DNA from: Nostoc sp.
GTDB taxonomy: Bacteria > Cyanobacteriota > Cyanobacteriia > Cyanobacteriales > Nostocaceae
Assembly (NCBI GenBank): GCA_036918135.1
Contig: JBALDB010000048.1
Coordinates: 128,001-192,000 of the forward strand
Direction of reading: 5' to 3'
Length of the DNA: 64,000 bases
Under the pieces are notes generated by a model. It had not been told where the DNA came from. It saw only the letters and a list, made by a program, of their open reading frames with translations, and made no database searches. Shown in pieces: positions 63,954-64,000 of this stretch (the stretch's first letter is position 1; each line of letters begins with the position of its first letter). Both the position numbers and the translations under genes were made by a program.

Positions 63954-64000
63954 ATGACGATAGTTAAAACATACCTTCCTCCTCAAGCATCCCTTGAGCG
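63954..64000 (+). CDS. rplM: 50S ribosomal protein L13, 5' fragment running off the window
   Basis: MTIVKTYLPPQASLER; usual position after truA. Confidence 0.8.
   Translation, partial: MTIVKTYLPPQASLE

Noticed and set aside
47678..63986. Many antisense and alternate-frame ORFs in the track (e.g. 53349-53810, 56197-56550, 60486-60869, 63777-63986)
   Set aside because: Shadow frames of conserved genes or translations of STRR repeats.
47726..64000. Absence of rpsJ, rpsN, rpmD and rpsD from the operon
   Set aside because: This is the normal cyanobacterial arrangement.

Overview
64 kb of a heterocyst-forming cyanobacterial (Nostoc-like) chromosome, judged from abundant HIP1 octamers (GCGATCGC), STRR heptamer arrays and gene content. 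Bases 1-46.9k are mixed housekeeping and accessory DNA: a Ser/Thr kinase, LysR, three Uma2 nucleases, a U32 protein, a DUF1778/GNAT toxin-antitoxin pair, riboflavin synthase, birA, pgeF, csaB, hisA, sphR-sphS-phoU plus an SLH porin, two tandem cation/H+ antiporters and ndhN, with several pseudogenes and many small nested repeats. Bases 47.7-64k are the cyanobacterial ribosomal super-operon from rplC to the start of rplM. The most striking unexplained feature is a ~700-nt stretch (47.0-47.7k) with no sense-strand ORF and about 15 hairpins, directly upstream of rplC: a candidate large structured RNA or leader. Other signals: a decayed second copy of the csaB 3' end flanking a ~1.3-kb insert, a probable microhomology-mediated gene deletion, HIP1-targeted 21-bp insertions (one in frame in a gene), and STRR arrays arranged as hairpins between ribosomal genes. 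All calls were made by eye; no searches or folding were run.
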